In this document: positions 1 through 7,769 of the stretch, piece by piece
Layout: each line of letters opens with the position of its first letter
Position numbering within the stretch: the first letter of the stretch is position 1
DNA from: a virus
Lineage: Duplodnaviria; Caudoviricetes
Length of the DNA stretch: 25,145 nt
Virus record (IMG/VR): IMGVR_UViG_3300049910_000003
Coordinates: 1-25,145 of that record
Reading direction: 5' to 3' (one strand)
Made by a program: the position numbers and the translations under genes
The notes under the pieces: model-generated
What the model was told of the DNA's origin: nothing
Database searches by the model: none
The model's input: the letters and a program-made list of their open reading frames with translations, nothing else

Positions 1-369
1 GCCAGCCGAAGACTTGCGCCATCTTAAAAACTCGGCCGCGTTTTTTTCGCGCGAAATATTTTCGCGAAACTTTTTTTGCGCGGTCGTGCCGCTATTGCGC
101 GCGGTTTTCTTTTTGTTTTCTATGCCGAAGGTGCCGCGTGTTCTTAACGCGCGTCGGGTCGCTACCTCTAAGCCGCGTCGGCAGTTGCAACTAACGCATG
201 CGGCTACAAGGTTGGATAGATCGAAGGCCGCGCCTCCGTCGGCTAGTGACCGTACGTGGTCAACGGTTGTTGCGTAACCGCCGCAGTACCGGCACCTGTA
301 CCCGTCACGGAGTAGGACGGTTACCCGCACCCGTCGCCACCTACGGGAGTCCCTAGGGTCACCCGACAT
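1..369 (-). CDS. HNH endonuclease (phage packaging-associated), 5' part; runs off the left end
   Basis: Not in the ORF track. My translation from ATG 369 is MSGDPRDSRRWRRVRVTVLLRDGYRCRYCGGYATTVDHVRSLADGGAAFDLSNLVAACVSCNCRRG..., with the W..R...RD.Y.C.YC...VDH...GG...NL...C..CN pattern. GAGGTGG SD upstream; no stop before nt 1. Confidence 0.9.
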   Translation of the reverse strand, partial: MSGDPRDSRRWRRVRVTVLLRDGYRCRYCGGYATTVDHVRSLADGGAAFDLSNLVAACVSCNCRRGLEVATRRALRTRGTFGIENKKKTARNSGTTAQKKFRENISREKNAAEFLRWRKSSAG

Positions 370-381
370 ATAGACCACCTC

Positions 382-426
382 ACCCGGACCCGGACTACCC
401 GGACCCGTTAGTACCCGGACCCGTTT
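382..426. repeat. Three direct repeats of ACCCGGACCCG at ~15-16 bp period
   Basis: Copies start at 382, 397 and 413, just upstream of the HNH ribosome-binding site. Confidence 0.8.
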
Positions 427-491
427 AGCCAGGCCACGAACACAAGCGTTAGTAGTACGCCTAGTAACACGACGATTGCTAGAACGATCAC
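408..491 (-). CDS. 27-aa single-transmembrane peptide
   Basis: GTG 491 lies 2 nt after the MTase stop. The product MIVLAIVVLLGVLLTLVFVAWLNGSGY is one hydrophobic helix. Confidence 0.5.
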   Translation of the reverse strand: MIVLAIVVLLGVLLTLVFVAWLNGSGY

Positions 492-493
492 GG

Positions 494-1441
494 TTAGGCC
501 TTGACGTATTGCAACAACTGTGCGCCTAGGTACTCCGTGTATGCGGGTGGTATGGCCTGTGCCAACTCTGCCCTAGTCATAGGCCAATCAATCCCCATTG
601 CCTGCCGTGCCTTTGCTATCCCTGCCTTACGTGATCGTCCGCCTACCGTCGTGCGTACTGTGTGACTAGGCCCACCACCCGTTACGTCTATCGGTTCAGG
701 TTGTAGGTAGTGCGTACATTCGGCCGTGAGTAGTAGAACGTTGCTACCAAACCGCCTGTGTCTGCGTACGCCTAGACCAAACGTGGTGCCGCACAGTGTG
801 ACGTACCACCCGTTCATTTCCACGGACGTACCAACCACGTTCTCTACGATCCACGGCACAGAGACAGAGGCCAGGCGTTCTAACGTGGCGTTGAGTAGAT
901 ACGCCTTGCCACGTTGTGTTGTCTTCGTGCGTAACGTTGAATGTTCCTGGCATGGTGGAGACGCGTGTATCGCGTCAAATCCATCTAGCGGGTACGTCAA
1001 TGCGTCGGCATTATGGAACGTGTATGGGTAGTGCGGTTGATCCACAATGTCTACGCCTACAACGTCAAACCCGGCACGGTGGTAACCAACGGCCGCACCA
1101 CCCGCGCCACAAAACAAATCTAAGAGGCGCGGCCTTTGTGACTTAGGCCGGCCAAACGTCACAGTCTCTACGTTCTGTGTTGTCACGTTGCGTTGTTCCT
1201 TTAGTTCTTTGCGCCGTTCCTTTGCCCAACGTTGTTCTATGCGCCACGTTGTTAACCCATGGTCAAGGCCTAGTAGGTCGTACCATGCCAACGCATCGCA
1301 CCATTGGCCTAGTGCTATGTAGTGCGCTACTAATCGTTGCGCCTCCGCATAACAAGGAACGGGAACGGCCGGAGGGAACAGGCCTTGCGCGTCCGGGATC
1401 GCACAACCGTTGACCCGAAGTATTACGCCGTCGCCTCTCAT
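494..1441 (-). CDS. DNA cytosine-5 methyltransferase (short phage type) with ~100-aa N-terminal extension
   Basis: Motif I LDLFCGAGG, motif IV ASPPCQ, motif VI IVENV, motif VIII-like RRHRRF and C-terminal AQAIPPAYT. Start moved to ATG 1441 because of the ATGA overlap with the VRR-NUC stop. Confidence 0.9.
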   Translation of the reverse strand: MRGDGVILRVNGCAIPDAQGLFPPAVPVPCYAEAQRLVAHYIALGQWCDALAWYDLLGLDHGLTTWRIEQRWAKERRKELKEQRNVTTQNVETVTFGRPKSQRPRLLDLFCGAGGAAVGYHRAGFDVVGVDIVDQPHYPYTFHNADALTYPLDGFDAIHASPPCQEHSTLRTKTTQRGKAYLLNATLERLASVSVPWIVENVVGTSVEMNGWYVTLCGTTFGLGVRRHRRFGSNVLLLTAECTHYLQPEPIDVTGGGPSHTVRTTVGGRSRKAGIAKARQAMGIDWPMTRAELAQAIPPAYTEYLGAQLLQYVKA

Positions 1442-1740
1442 TGTGCGGGTCCGGTCAAGTGCGCAGACTGTAGGCGCAGTTTCACTAGGCCAACGTCGGC
1501 GGGTCGCCATACGTGCGTCTCTATGCCGCAACGTTCAAACCGCCATAACACGTTCTCTTGTTCTAGGGTTAACCGGCCTTTGTCTGTCTTTAGTTCGGCA
1601 ACCATGTATTCGGGTGGTCTTAGTAGTTGTAGGTCCGGCCACCCGGCAACGACGCGTTTAGCTTCGTAAACGTGGAAGACCAACCACCCGCCATAACGCG
1701 CGAGGCGTACAACTTCCCTTTGCCATTCACGTTCGTTCAC
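1438..1740 (-). CDS. VRR-NUC domain nuclease (putative Holliday junction resolvase)
   Basis: E..WQ..V...GW.VFH...GWPDL...AELK..KGRLT.EQ signature. GTG 1740 overlaps the upstream TAG. Confidence 0.88.
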   Translation of the reverse strand: MNEREWQREVVRLARYGGWLVFHVYEAKRVVAGWPDLQLLRPPEYMVAELKTDKGRLTLEQENVLWRFERCGIETHVWRPADVGLVKLRLQSAHLTGPAQ

Positions 1741-1898
1741 TACAGGCCTACCGCGTCCACTAACCGTTGTAAGGCCTGGCGTTCGGCCTCGCCTAACTGC
1801 CGTTGCCATGACTCATACCGAATAACTTTGTCTCGTTCTATTAGCCAATCTAGGTAGATGATCGTCTGTAGTAATAGGCGTACGTCGTTTTCATCCAC
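1740..1898 (-). CDS. Hypothetical protein, 52 aa
   Basis: Not in the ORF track. GGAGAG SD, GTG start, product MDENDVRLLLQTIIYLDWLIERDKVIRYESWQRQLGEAERQALQRLVDAVGL, and a TAGTG overlap with VRR-NUC. Confidence 0.65.
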   Translation of the reverse strand: MDENDVRLLLQTIIYLDWLIERDKVIRYESWQRQLGEAERQALQRLVDAVGL

Positions 1899-1922
1899 GT
1901 TTCACTCTCCGTGTCGGGTGGC

Positions 1923-2037
1923 ACCGTTCAAGGCCTTGCCCGTCTGAACGGTTGAACGGTTGAACGGTTGAGGATTGAGGCCGTAGGGTTACCGTTCATA
2001 CCGTTCAACGTTCAAGGCGTGAACGGCCGTGAACGGT
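1923..2037. repeat. Iteron cluster (TGAACGGT/ACCGTTCA); putative replication origin
   Basis: Nine exact or near-exact copies in both orientations, at 1923, 1945, 1953, 1961, 1991, 2000, 2008, 2020 and 2030. They lie directly downstream of the primase-helicase stop. Confidence 0.8.
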
Positions 2038-2045
2038 GCATTTGC

Positions 2046-4040
2046 TCACTCTCTGTCGTCGCGCAGTTGCCAGTACCATTCGCCCGATTCACCGCGCACG
2101 GCCTCTGCGCGAATGTTGTTACGTGCGCGTTTTAGTGTTGAGTCGCTAAACCCTTGCCTCTCGCCTTCCCGGAAAATGTCGCTAGTACGAACGCGGCTAC
2201 CGTCCGCGAGTGTTTCCAATAGCCATACTTCGGCACGTTCTAACTTCGTGTCTCGTTCGTCGTTACTGCCTTTGGCTACTAGTTGGTCGGCCGTGTAATC
2301 GGCGTCTCCGTGCCATGCAATACGTGCGCAATCCCAACCATCGGCTTTAACAACAGAGAACGACAACGCCGAAGGCTTTTCGGCAAGGTTGGATTTCGTA
2401 ACCGCTATAACACGTTTGGTCGGGTCGCGCGGGTCTTCGGTAACGATCCACCCGGCACGCGCCGCGCCGATAATGCCGATACTGCCACCACCTCTATACA
2501 TGGCCGATACGCCGGGTGATTTGTTGAGGTGGCGAAGGCAGACGATCGCGGCCTTTGTGTGTTCGGCTAGTGCCGCCAACCGCATTAGTACGCCGCGCAT
2601 TGACGCGTCGTTATGGCTATTGACGTCGTGCGCGAGGTACGCAACTAACACGTCTACGATTACTAGTGCTACTTCGTGTTGTATCACTAGGCGTTCTAGT
2701 AGCGGTAAGTCGTTAGGCAGTACCAACGTGCGCGGGTCTTTGTTTGGTTCCATGACGGCTACGAATGCGAACGCGTGGCGTGGATCGCCTCCGGCCTCAA
2801 CGAACCGCGGTAGGACGGTATCGGCTAGGCCGTCTTCGGCAGTTAGAACCATGACGTTTCGTCGTAGTGGTCCGGCAAGGGTGCCGTCCGGGAATGCGCC
2901 ACCCGCACTAATCCGCGCCGCTATGTCTAACGCAACGGTTGACTTACCTAGTGCCGGGTCGCCATCTAGCATTGTGAGTTTGCCGCGCGGTAACCATTTC
3001 GGCCACAACCATTCGACTACTTCGCGTGTAATCGTCGTGAACGATCGCACTTCGGCCGCGCTAGGTGTTGCCGGATCAAACGCGGCTTTAGTGAACGGTG
3101 CCGGGTCGGGTGCAAGCGCGCGCGCCGCGCTTTGTAGGTCGCCTTCGTAGTTGAGTTGTGCGAACGCGCCGAACCGATCGTAAGAACGTTCCGACTCAAA
3201 CACGGTTGACGTACTAAATACCCACAACAGGCCGGAACCGTTATGGTTCGTCGTCGCGCTTATGCCGTCAGACTTGCCAGGCCGACGCCAATACGTCGTG
3301 CCATTCTGTTCAAACAACGGCAACCAACCGTGAGGTTCTAGTATCTCCGGCCAATCGTGCGCATTGTTGAACGCGTCGCCTGGCCGATCACCATTGCGCG
3401 CGCCGATCACGCTACGGCTAGGCATTTGGTCAAGAGACTTCGCCAACGCGTACAAAACTGCCCGTTCGTGCAACGTAAACGTTGGTATCGAGTCCGGGCC
3501 TCCGGCAAGTAGCCGCCACGGTTTGCCCGTAGGGTGCGTCTTCCCCGCGGACGGGTGCGTTACAACCCAACCACCTTCGCCGCGCGTCTCTAGCATCACC
3601 TTTACTTTGTCGGCCGGGTTGTCGTTTAGTTCGTCGTCGGTTGCGGGTCGCCTCGCTAGCTTCGTGTTCGCCATTGACGGCCCATCGGTACGAAAGAACA
3701 AGTGCAAACCGCCACTAGGCGTTTCCTCGCGGTAGCCGTGCCAGAGACGCGACCAAATGTCTTCGTAGCCGGAACGCATTAGCAAGCCGCGTAGATCGTC
3801 AACCATTGTGACCGCGCGCGCCTCAAACTCGATCATTTCTAGATACTCACTAACGGCACCGCATACAACGCCGATACCGTGCGCGCGTCTTAACCACGTT
3901 TGTATCTGACTAATGGCCGGCCTCTCTGTCTCATAAAGTTTCCATTCAACCGCGGGCCTCTTAGTGCCGTCGTTTGCGGCCGGGAGAACGCAACAACCGG
4001 CCGCGTACAATGCGGCCGCGAAGTCGTCTAGTTCTGACAT
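2046..4040 (-). CDS. Bifunctional primase/polymerase (Prim-Pol) fused to a RecA-like AAA helicase
   Basis: N-terminal VLPA...KRP..W, GIGVVCG, ETPSGGLHLFF and ETRGEGGWVV..PS motifs. Walker A GDPALGKST, AED, LVIVD, RHLNK and GS.G...AAR. Probable C-terminal winged helix. Confidence 0.92.
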   Translation of the reverse strand: MSELDDFAAALYAAGCCVLPAANDGTKRPAVEWKLYETERPAISQIQTWLRRAHGIGVVCGAVSEYLEMIEFEARAVTMVDDLRGLLMRSGYEDIWSRLWHGYREETPSGGLHLFFRTDGPSMANTKLARRPATDDELNDNPADKVKVMLETRGEGGWVVTHPSAGKTHPTGKPWRLLAGGPDSIPTFTLHERAVLYALAKSLDQMPSRSVIGARNGDRPGDAFNNAHDWPEILEPHGWLPLFEQNGTTYWRRPGKSDGISATTNHNGSGLLWVFSTSTVFESERSYDRFGAFAQLNYEGDLQSAARALAPDPAPFTKAAFDPATPSAAEVRSFTTITREVVEWLWPKWLPRGKLTMLDGDPALGKSTVALDIAARISAGGAFPDGTLAGPLRRNVMVLTAEDGLADTVLPRFVEAGGDPRHAFAFVAVMEPNKDPRTLVLPNDLPLLERLVIQHEVALVIVDVLVAYLAHDVNSHNDASMRGVLMRLAALAEHTKAAIVCLRHLNKSPGVSAMYRGGGSIGIIGAARAGWIVTEDPRDPTKRVIAVTKSNLAEKPSALSFSVVKADGWDCARIAWHGDADYTADQLVAKGSNDERDTKLERAEVWLLETLADGSRVRTSDIFREGERQGFSDSTLKRARNNIRAEAVRGESGEWYWQLRDDRE

Positions 4041-4052
4041 TGCGACAACCGC

Positions 4053-4313
4053 CTATAGGAAGTCGTGAATGCAATGCTGGCAGAATGCGATTCGATCGGC
4101 ACGGATAAACAACACTTTGATAAGGCCTCGCACAAACCAAACGTGCCGCCAACTGCCTTCGTCAAACGGCCGTGATTGCCAGTAGCCGCGAAGGTAGGCG
4201 CGTCGTAGTTCGCGCTTTGTTTGGTAGCAATGCTTGCATTCAAAACATTGCAAGTACGTTGAGGCCTCTAGTCGTTCTGCCGTGCCGTGGCTATAGCAAA
4301 ACACGTAGGACAT
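4053..4313 (-). CDS. Hypothetical Cys/His-rich (probable Zn-binding) protein
   Basis: GAGGTAGG SD; C..H, CFECKH and CQHC.HDF motifs. Confidence 0.7.
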   Translation of the reverse strand: MSYVFCYSHGTAERLEASTYLQCFECKHCYQTKRELRRAYLRGYWQSRPFDEGSWRHVWFVRGLIKVLFIRADRIAFCQHCIHDFL

Positions 4314-4326
4314 TTCCTACCTCAAA

Positions 4327-4374
4327 CGGCCTAGCGCGCGCGGGAAATGGCGGTAAACCGCGCGCGCTAGACCG
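4327..4374 (-). terminator. Strong intergenic stem-loop; terminator, attenuator or processing site
   Basis: Perfect 13-bp inverted repeat CTAGCGCGCGCGG (4331-4343 / 4358-4370). It extends to 17 bp with a G-U pair only in the minus-strand RNA and is followed by UUU. Confidence 0.65.
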
Positions 4375-4380
4375 CGATCG

Positions 4381-4653
4381 TTAGGCCGGTTGGTCGGCCG
4401 TGTCTGCGTCTTCGCCTTCGGGTGCGAGACGTACGAACACGACGGCACCGCGTGCGCGCGCGTCGAGTCCGTAGGTTTTGCGCAACGCCGTTGCGCGGCT
4501 GTACGCCTTGTTCTTATTGCCGTCGCAATCCACCTCAAACCATTCTCCCGGTTCTTTGTGGCATGCGTCGATCAAGTCCATAAAGGCACCCGCATTACGT
4601 GCGCGCCGTACTACAGATGGCGGGCCTTCGGACGGTTGGAAGTTAACGGCCAT
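4381..4653 (-). CDS. Hypothetical protein (possible small DNA-binding protein)
   Basis: Starts 3 nt after the upstream stop with a GAGGTG SD. The PGEW.....A.S.A..LR.....ARARG..VFVR pattern resembles small phage proteins. Confidence 0.7.
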   Translation of the reverse strand: MAVNFQPSEGPPSVVRRARNAGAFMDLIDACHKEPGEWFEVDCDGNKNKAYSRATALRKTYGLDARARGAVVFVRLAPEGEDADTADQPA

Positions 4654-4656
4654 GAC

Positions 4657-5970
4657 TTAGAACACCTCCGTTGCGTTGTCGTCGGGTGGCGAGTCGTAAA
4701 CCTTGTACGACCACGCGCCTTCACTGTCTTTCACAATGTCGGCAGTACGGCCGCTACGGCTAATGAACCGATAGCCACCCGGTACCGGATTCATTCGTAT
4801 TCGTTCGTTCTTAATGTCGTGTAGCCGCGCCTCAACGTGCGCTAGTTCGTCTGCCGTCAAGTCGCTAAACGATTCGACTAACTCACCGCGCCGGTTGACG
4901 GTTTCCAACAACGCCAACGCGTGGCGTCTGGCCTCGCGGTCTACGTTCTCTAGGTTCGGCCATTGGTCTTTCATGGTGGCGAAAATGCGCCGGATCGTCT
5001 TCGTTTTATCGTCGGCCGTTTCGCCTTCGGCGGGTGGTTCCCCTTCGGCCGGTTTGAATGCGACGGCCTCCGGCCGCGGTTCGTCTCTTCCTGGCGTAGT
5101 TTGTGACGGCACCGCGACCGGAGGCGCGCTAGGTGGCGCGGTTCCTGCCTCCGGCAATACGTGAGGTTCCGCGCCTACCTCTCCGCGGTCGATCCGTGGC
5201 CGCGGTTCGGGATATGTCACTACGTCAACGGCCGTGGCCGCGTTGACGGCCTCTACGTTGCGTTCTGCGGCCTCCGGAGGCGACAACTGGCCGGTTGGGC
5301 CGGGAACCTCCGGACGGCCGGGAGACGCCAACGCGGCCGGGTCTAGGCGTACGTCGAGTACCGGCACCGTGAAACGGTGCGGTTGGTCGCCCGGCCGTCG
5401 TGTTACCCGGTCTTCCAACCGTAGAGACGCAAACGCGAAGTGATCGCCACGGCGCGCCGCGATGTTTAACGCAAGGTCTATGGCCGTGCGCATTTCACCC
5501 GCGGCGTAATACGAATGCGTTTCTAGCCGCCAGCTACCGAAGTCCGCGAGGAACGGCAACAACACGGATAGCCGCGTAGTGTAACTACAAATGCGGTTGT
5601 TGTTGATCGCGCACAAACACGGCCGCGGTTGTTCTCCGCGGACTTCGGTAATACCGTCGCAACGCCGATCGCAACCGGCCGCGGTCCAATGCTCAAACCA
5701 TTGCGTAAAGCCGACTTCGGCCGGGATTAACACAACGTCAAACTCTCGCGCCTCTGTGAACACTTCGTATTGAGGCCCACTAGGCGCGGTCCAATCCGTG
5801 ACGGTTCCGCCTAGGTTCTCTGCCACGCGTTCTACCAACACTTGCCGCGGTGAGGTGAAACGGAATGCCTCTAGCGCGCGCGGCCTTGTGCCGTCTTTCG
5901 ATCGTACGGTTTCGCCTGTGCGTATGCGGCCTATCTCGGCCACGCGGCGTTGTAGATCAATAATCGGCAT
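4657..5970 (-). CDS. phiC31 gp3-like (recombination directionality factor-like) protein with Pro-rich linker and extra C-terminal domain
   Basis: N-terminus MPIIDLQRR..EIGRIRTG...RP..L..FRFTS, then C.RRCDG...PCLC...C..TTRLSV.LP....G.WRLETHSYYAA.E, matching my recollection of the Gp3-like family. Confidence 0.8.
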   Translation of the reverse strand: MPIIDLQRRVAEIGRIRTGETVRSKDGTRPRALEAFRFTSPRQVLVERVAENLGGTVTDWTAPSGPQYEVFTEAREFDVVLIPAEVGFTQWFEHWTAAGCDRRCDGITEVRGEQPRPCLCAINNNRICSYTTRLSVLLPFLADFGSWRLETHSYYAAGEMRTAIDLALNIAARRGDHFAFASLRLEDRVTRRPGDQPHRFTVPVLDVRLDPAALASPGRPEVPGPTGQLSPPEAAERNVEAVNAATAVDVVTYPEPRPRIDRGEVGAEPHVLPEAGTAPPSAPPVAVPSQTTPGRDEPRPEAVAFKPAEGEPPAEGETADDKTKTIRRIFATMKDQWPNLENVDREARRHALALLETVNRRGELVESFSDLTADELAHVEARLHDIKNERIRMNPVPGGYRFISRSGRTADIVKDSEGAWSYKVYDSPPDDNATEVF

Positions 5971-6331
5971 TCGGGTTACCGTCCGGCCACGTTGCGTTGT
6001 CGTGACAATCGTTGCAACACCCTTGTTCGTCTTTCTCGCGGTACGTCATTACGCGTTGGCAGTACGGGCAAACTGGCGTTGTCTCGTTCATTTCGTTTAC
6101 CTCTACGTAGTCAAACTCTCCGTCCGCGCCGATTAAGTAGCCGCGGTTTGGGTTGCGTTGACTGTGAACCGATACGCAACAACCGCATTCGTTTACGTGC
6201 CATATCGGCAAGTCGCCATTTTCACGGATCGCCTCACAACACGCGACCATTGCGGTTACTTGCGCGCGCGGCAACGTGACGTTGCCGTGAGGCGTCGGGA
6301 TTGTGATTACGCCTGTGCCGTTAGCCGTCAT
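5957..6331 (-). CDS. Hypothetical Cys-rich protein
   Basis: GGAGG SD; overlaps both neighbours; ECGCC, CPYC and CCNDC motifs. Confidence 0.65.
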   Translation of the reverse strand: MTANGTGVITIPTPHGNVTLPRAQVTAMVACCEAIRENGDLPIWHVNECGCCVSVHSQRNPNRGYLIGADGEFDYVEVNEMNETTPVCPYCQRVMTYREKDEQGCCNDCHDNATWPDGNPNADY

Positions 6332-6533
6332 GGTTGAAATCCTCCGGCCACAACACGGCCGCTACACGTTCCGCGTGCGGTTGCATCCGATCGCGCGCGC
6401 CAATCAATCCACCCTTTACGGCGTCGGCAATCACTGTGTGCCGGTTATGGCCTCGCAAGTCTGCGCACGGATAACCGGCCTTGCGTTCACACTTCGGACA
6501 ATCGACGGTTTGGGCCTCTGTGTGCGTCACCAT
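6321..6533 (-). CDS. Small phage zinc-finger protein
   Basis: CPKC..K.G.PC...PH.ER motif. Start moved to ATG 6533 (TAATG overlap). Confidence 0.7.
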   Translation of the reverse strand: MVTHTEAQTVDCPKCERKAGYPCADLRGHNRHTVIADAVKGGLIGARDRMQPHAERVAAVLWPEDFNHDG

Positions 6534-6751
6534 TACACAACGTCCGGTGCCTCTAGCCAATCGACCGATACACACTCAAAGGCGTACTGTCGTTCGTTGT
6601 CTTCGTCGGTTGTGTCCGTATCGGTTACGTAGATTTCGGTTGTGTTGTTAATCGCGTCGTCTACGGCCATGCGTACGTCTTCGTCGTCGTGCGCCGGTTT
6701 GCCCATTGCCTCAACTTCGATCAACGCCGTTAGCTTTAGGCGTTTGCCCAT
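6533..6751 (-). CDS. Hypothetical acidic protein
   Basis: AAGGGGG SD and tight operon packing. Confidence 0.65.
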   Translation of the reverse strand: MGKRLKLTALIEVEAMGKPAHDDEDVRMAVDDAINNTTEIYVTDTDTTDEDNERQYAFECVSVDWLEAPDVV

Positions 6752-6906
6752 TGGTCGGCCCCCTTTGTTTGTTTTGCCGTTTCAAACAATCGGTCTAGTG
6801 CGCGGTCGATACCGGACGACGGCCAATAGCGGCCTTGTTTGTCACGCGTCACGCGCCTACGCAATAACGCTACGGCGTCGGTTAGTTCTCGTTCTGCCTT
6901 CGTCAT
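6736..6906 (-). CDS. Hypothetical protein, 56 aa
   Basis: Not in the ORF track. ATGA overlap with the exonuclease stop; product MTKAERELTDAVALLRRRVTRDKQGRYWPSSGIDRALDRLFETAKQTKGADQWANA; fills the gap exactly. Confidence 0.6.
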   Translation of the reverse strand: MTKAERELTDAVALLRRRVTRDKQGRYWPSSGIDRALDRLFETAKQTKGADQWANA

Positions 6907-7769
6907 GCCGTGCCTTCCACGTAAGACCCGAACACGGATCGTTTGGCTATGACTTCCACAAACCGCGACACTTCCCGAAGGAAAAGGAACGCGTCCGTTG
7001 CGTCTGCGTCAACGCGCACAGGCCACAAACGCCATTCAACCGGCGTCAGTTGAACAATGGCGCAACCGTCAACGTCCGGCATTGGAACGGCCGCGGCCTG
7101 TTGTTCTTTCGTTATGTAGTAGTGCCGTGGTGATCCTTGTTCGGCCTCCGGTACGTCAACGCGTACCGGCAACGCAAACGGCGCACGTTTGTAGGCCGCG
7201 AGTTGTAAGGCCCATTCGGAATAGGGCGAACGTACGTGGCCTTGTTTGTCGCGACTTTCACGCGTGGTCTTCCAATCGAGTAGGTACCGCTTACCGTCCG
7301 CAAACTCAACGATCGCGTCGGCAGTACCGGCGTAACGGTACGTCGGATCGTAAACCGTCATTTCGGCCGCTAAGAACCGCGGTTGAAACTTCGCAACAAA
7401 CGCGTGAAACTGTGCGACCAACGGCGCGGCTTCGTCGTGATACTTCCCGGCTTGCGCGTTGTTGAGTATGTAGTTTTCCACGGCCCTATGGACTTCGGAC
7501 CCTAGGTCGCGCGCGGACAACTCATAGCCTGGCCGTTGCCAGTTGCTTTGCCGGGTCAATATCTGTACGGCTTCGTCTTCGGTTAACGATTGCAACGCGC
7601 CGCGTCGTGCGTACGCCGTGCGCGCCACCTGTTGTTGAAACCAAATGTTGAGGCCGTAACTGTTCAACGTCGAAAGGATCGACGTTACCGACCAACAATC
7701 TAAGGCGTCTTCGTCAATGTTCGTGACGCCTCGCGGCTTCGGCCAAATGATTGTGTCCGTTGCCGTCAT
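6903..7769 (-). CDS. PD-(D/E)XK phage exonuclease (Cas4/RecB-like fold)
   Basis: SVTSIL, GSEVH, AE..V......YAGTAD, LLDWKT and ALQLAAY motifs. Start moved to ATG 7769 (ATGA overlap). Confidence 0.88.
   Translation of the reverse strand: MTATDTIIWPKPRGVTNIDEDALDCWSVTSILSTLNSYGLNIWFQQQVARTAYARRGALQSLTEDEAVQILTRQSNWQRPGYELSARDLGSEVHRAVENYILNNAQAGKYHDEAAPLVAQFHAFVAKFQPRFLAAEMTVYDPTYRYAGTADAIVEFADGKRYLLDWKTTRESRDKQGHVRSPYSEWALQLAAYKRAPFALPVRVDVPEAEQGSPRHYYITKEQQAAAVPMPDVDGCAIVQLTPVEWRLWPVRVDADATDAFLFLREVSRFVEVIAKRSVFGSYVEGTA

Noticed and set aside
14-277. 87-aa plus-strand ORF
   Set aside because: It is an antisense shadow of the HNH gene, which has clear motifs on the minus strand.
494-1740. Methyltransferase plus nuclease as a restriction-modification pair
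   Set aside because: The nuclease is a standalone VRR-NUC, a common phage junction resolvase rather than a restriction enzyme.
1923-2037. Possible CRISPR-like array
   Set aside because: Units are only 8 bp, occur in both orientations and have no spacer structure; iterons fit better.
2389-3150. 253-aa plus-strand ORF and the many similar antisense ORFs in the track
   Set aside because: They lie opposite well-supported genes, have Ser/Arg/Ala-rich shadow composition, and show no motifs or SD sequences.
6903-7769. Cas4 as evidence of a CRISPR system
   Set aside because: It lacks the four-cysteine Fe-S motif and has no cas context; it is an ordinary phage exonuclease.
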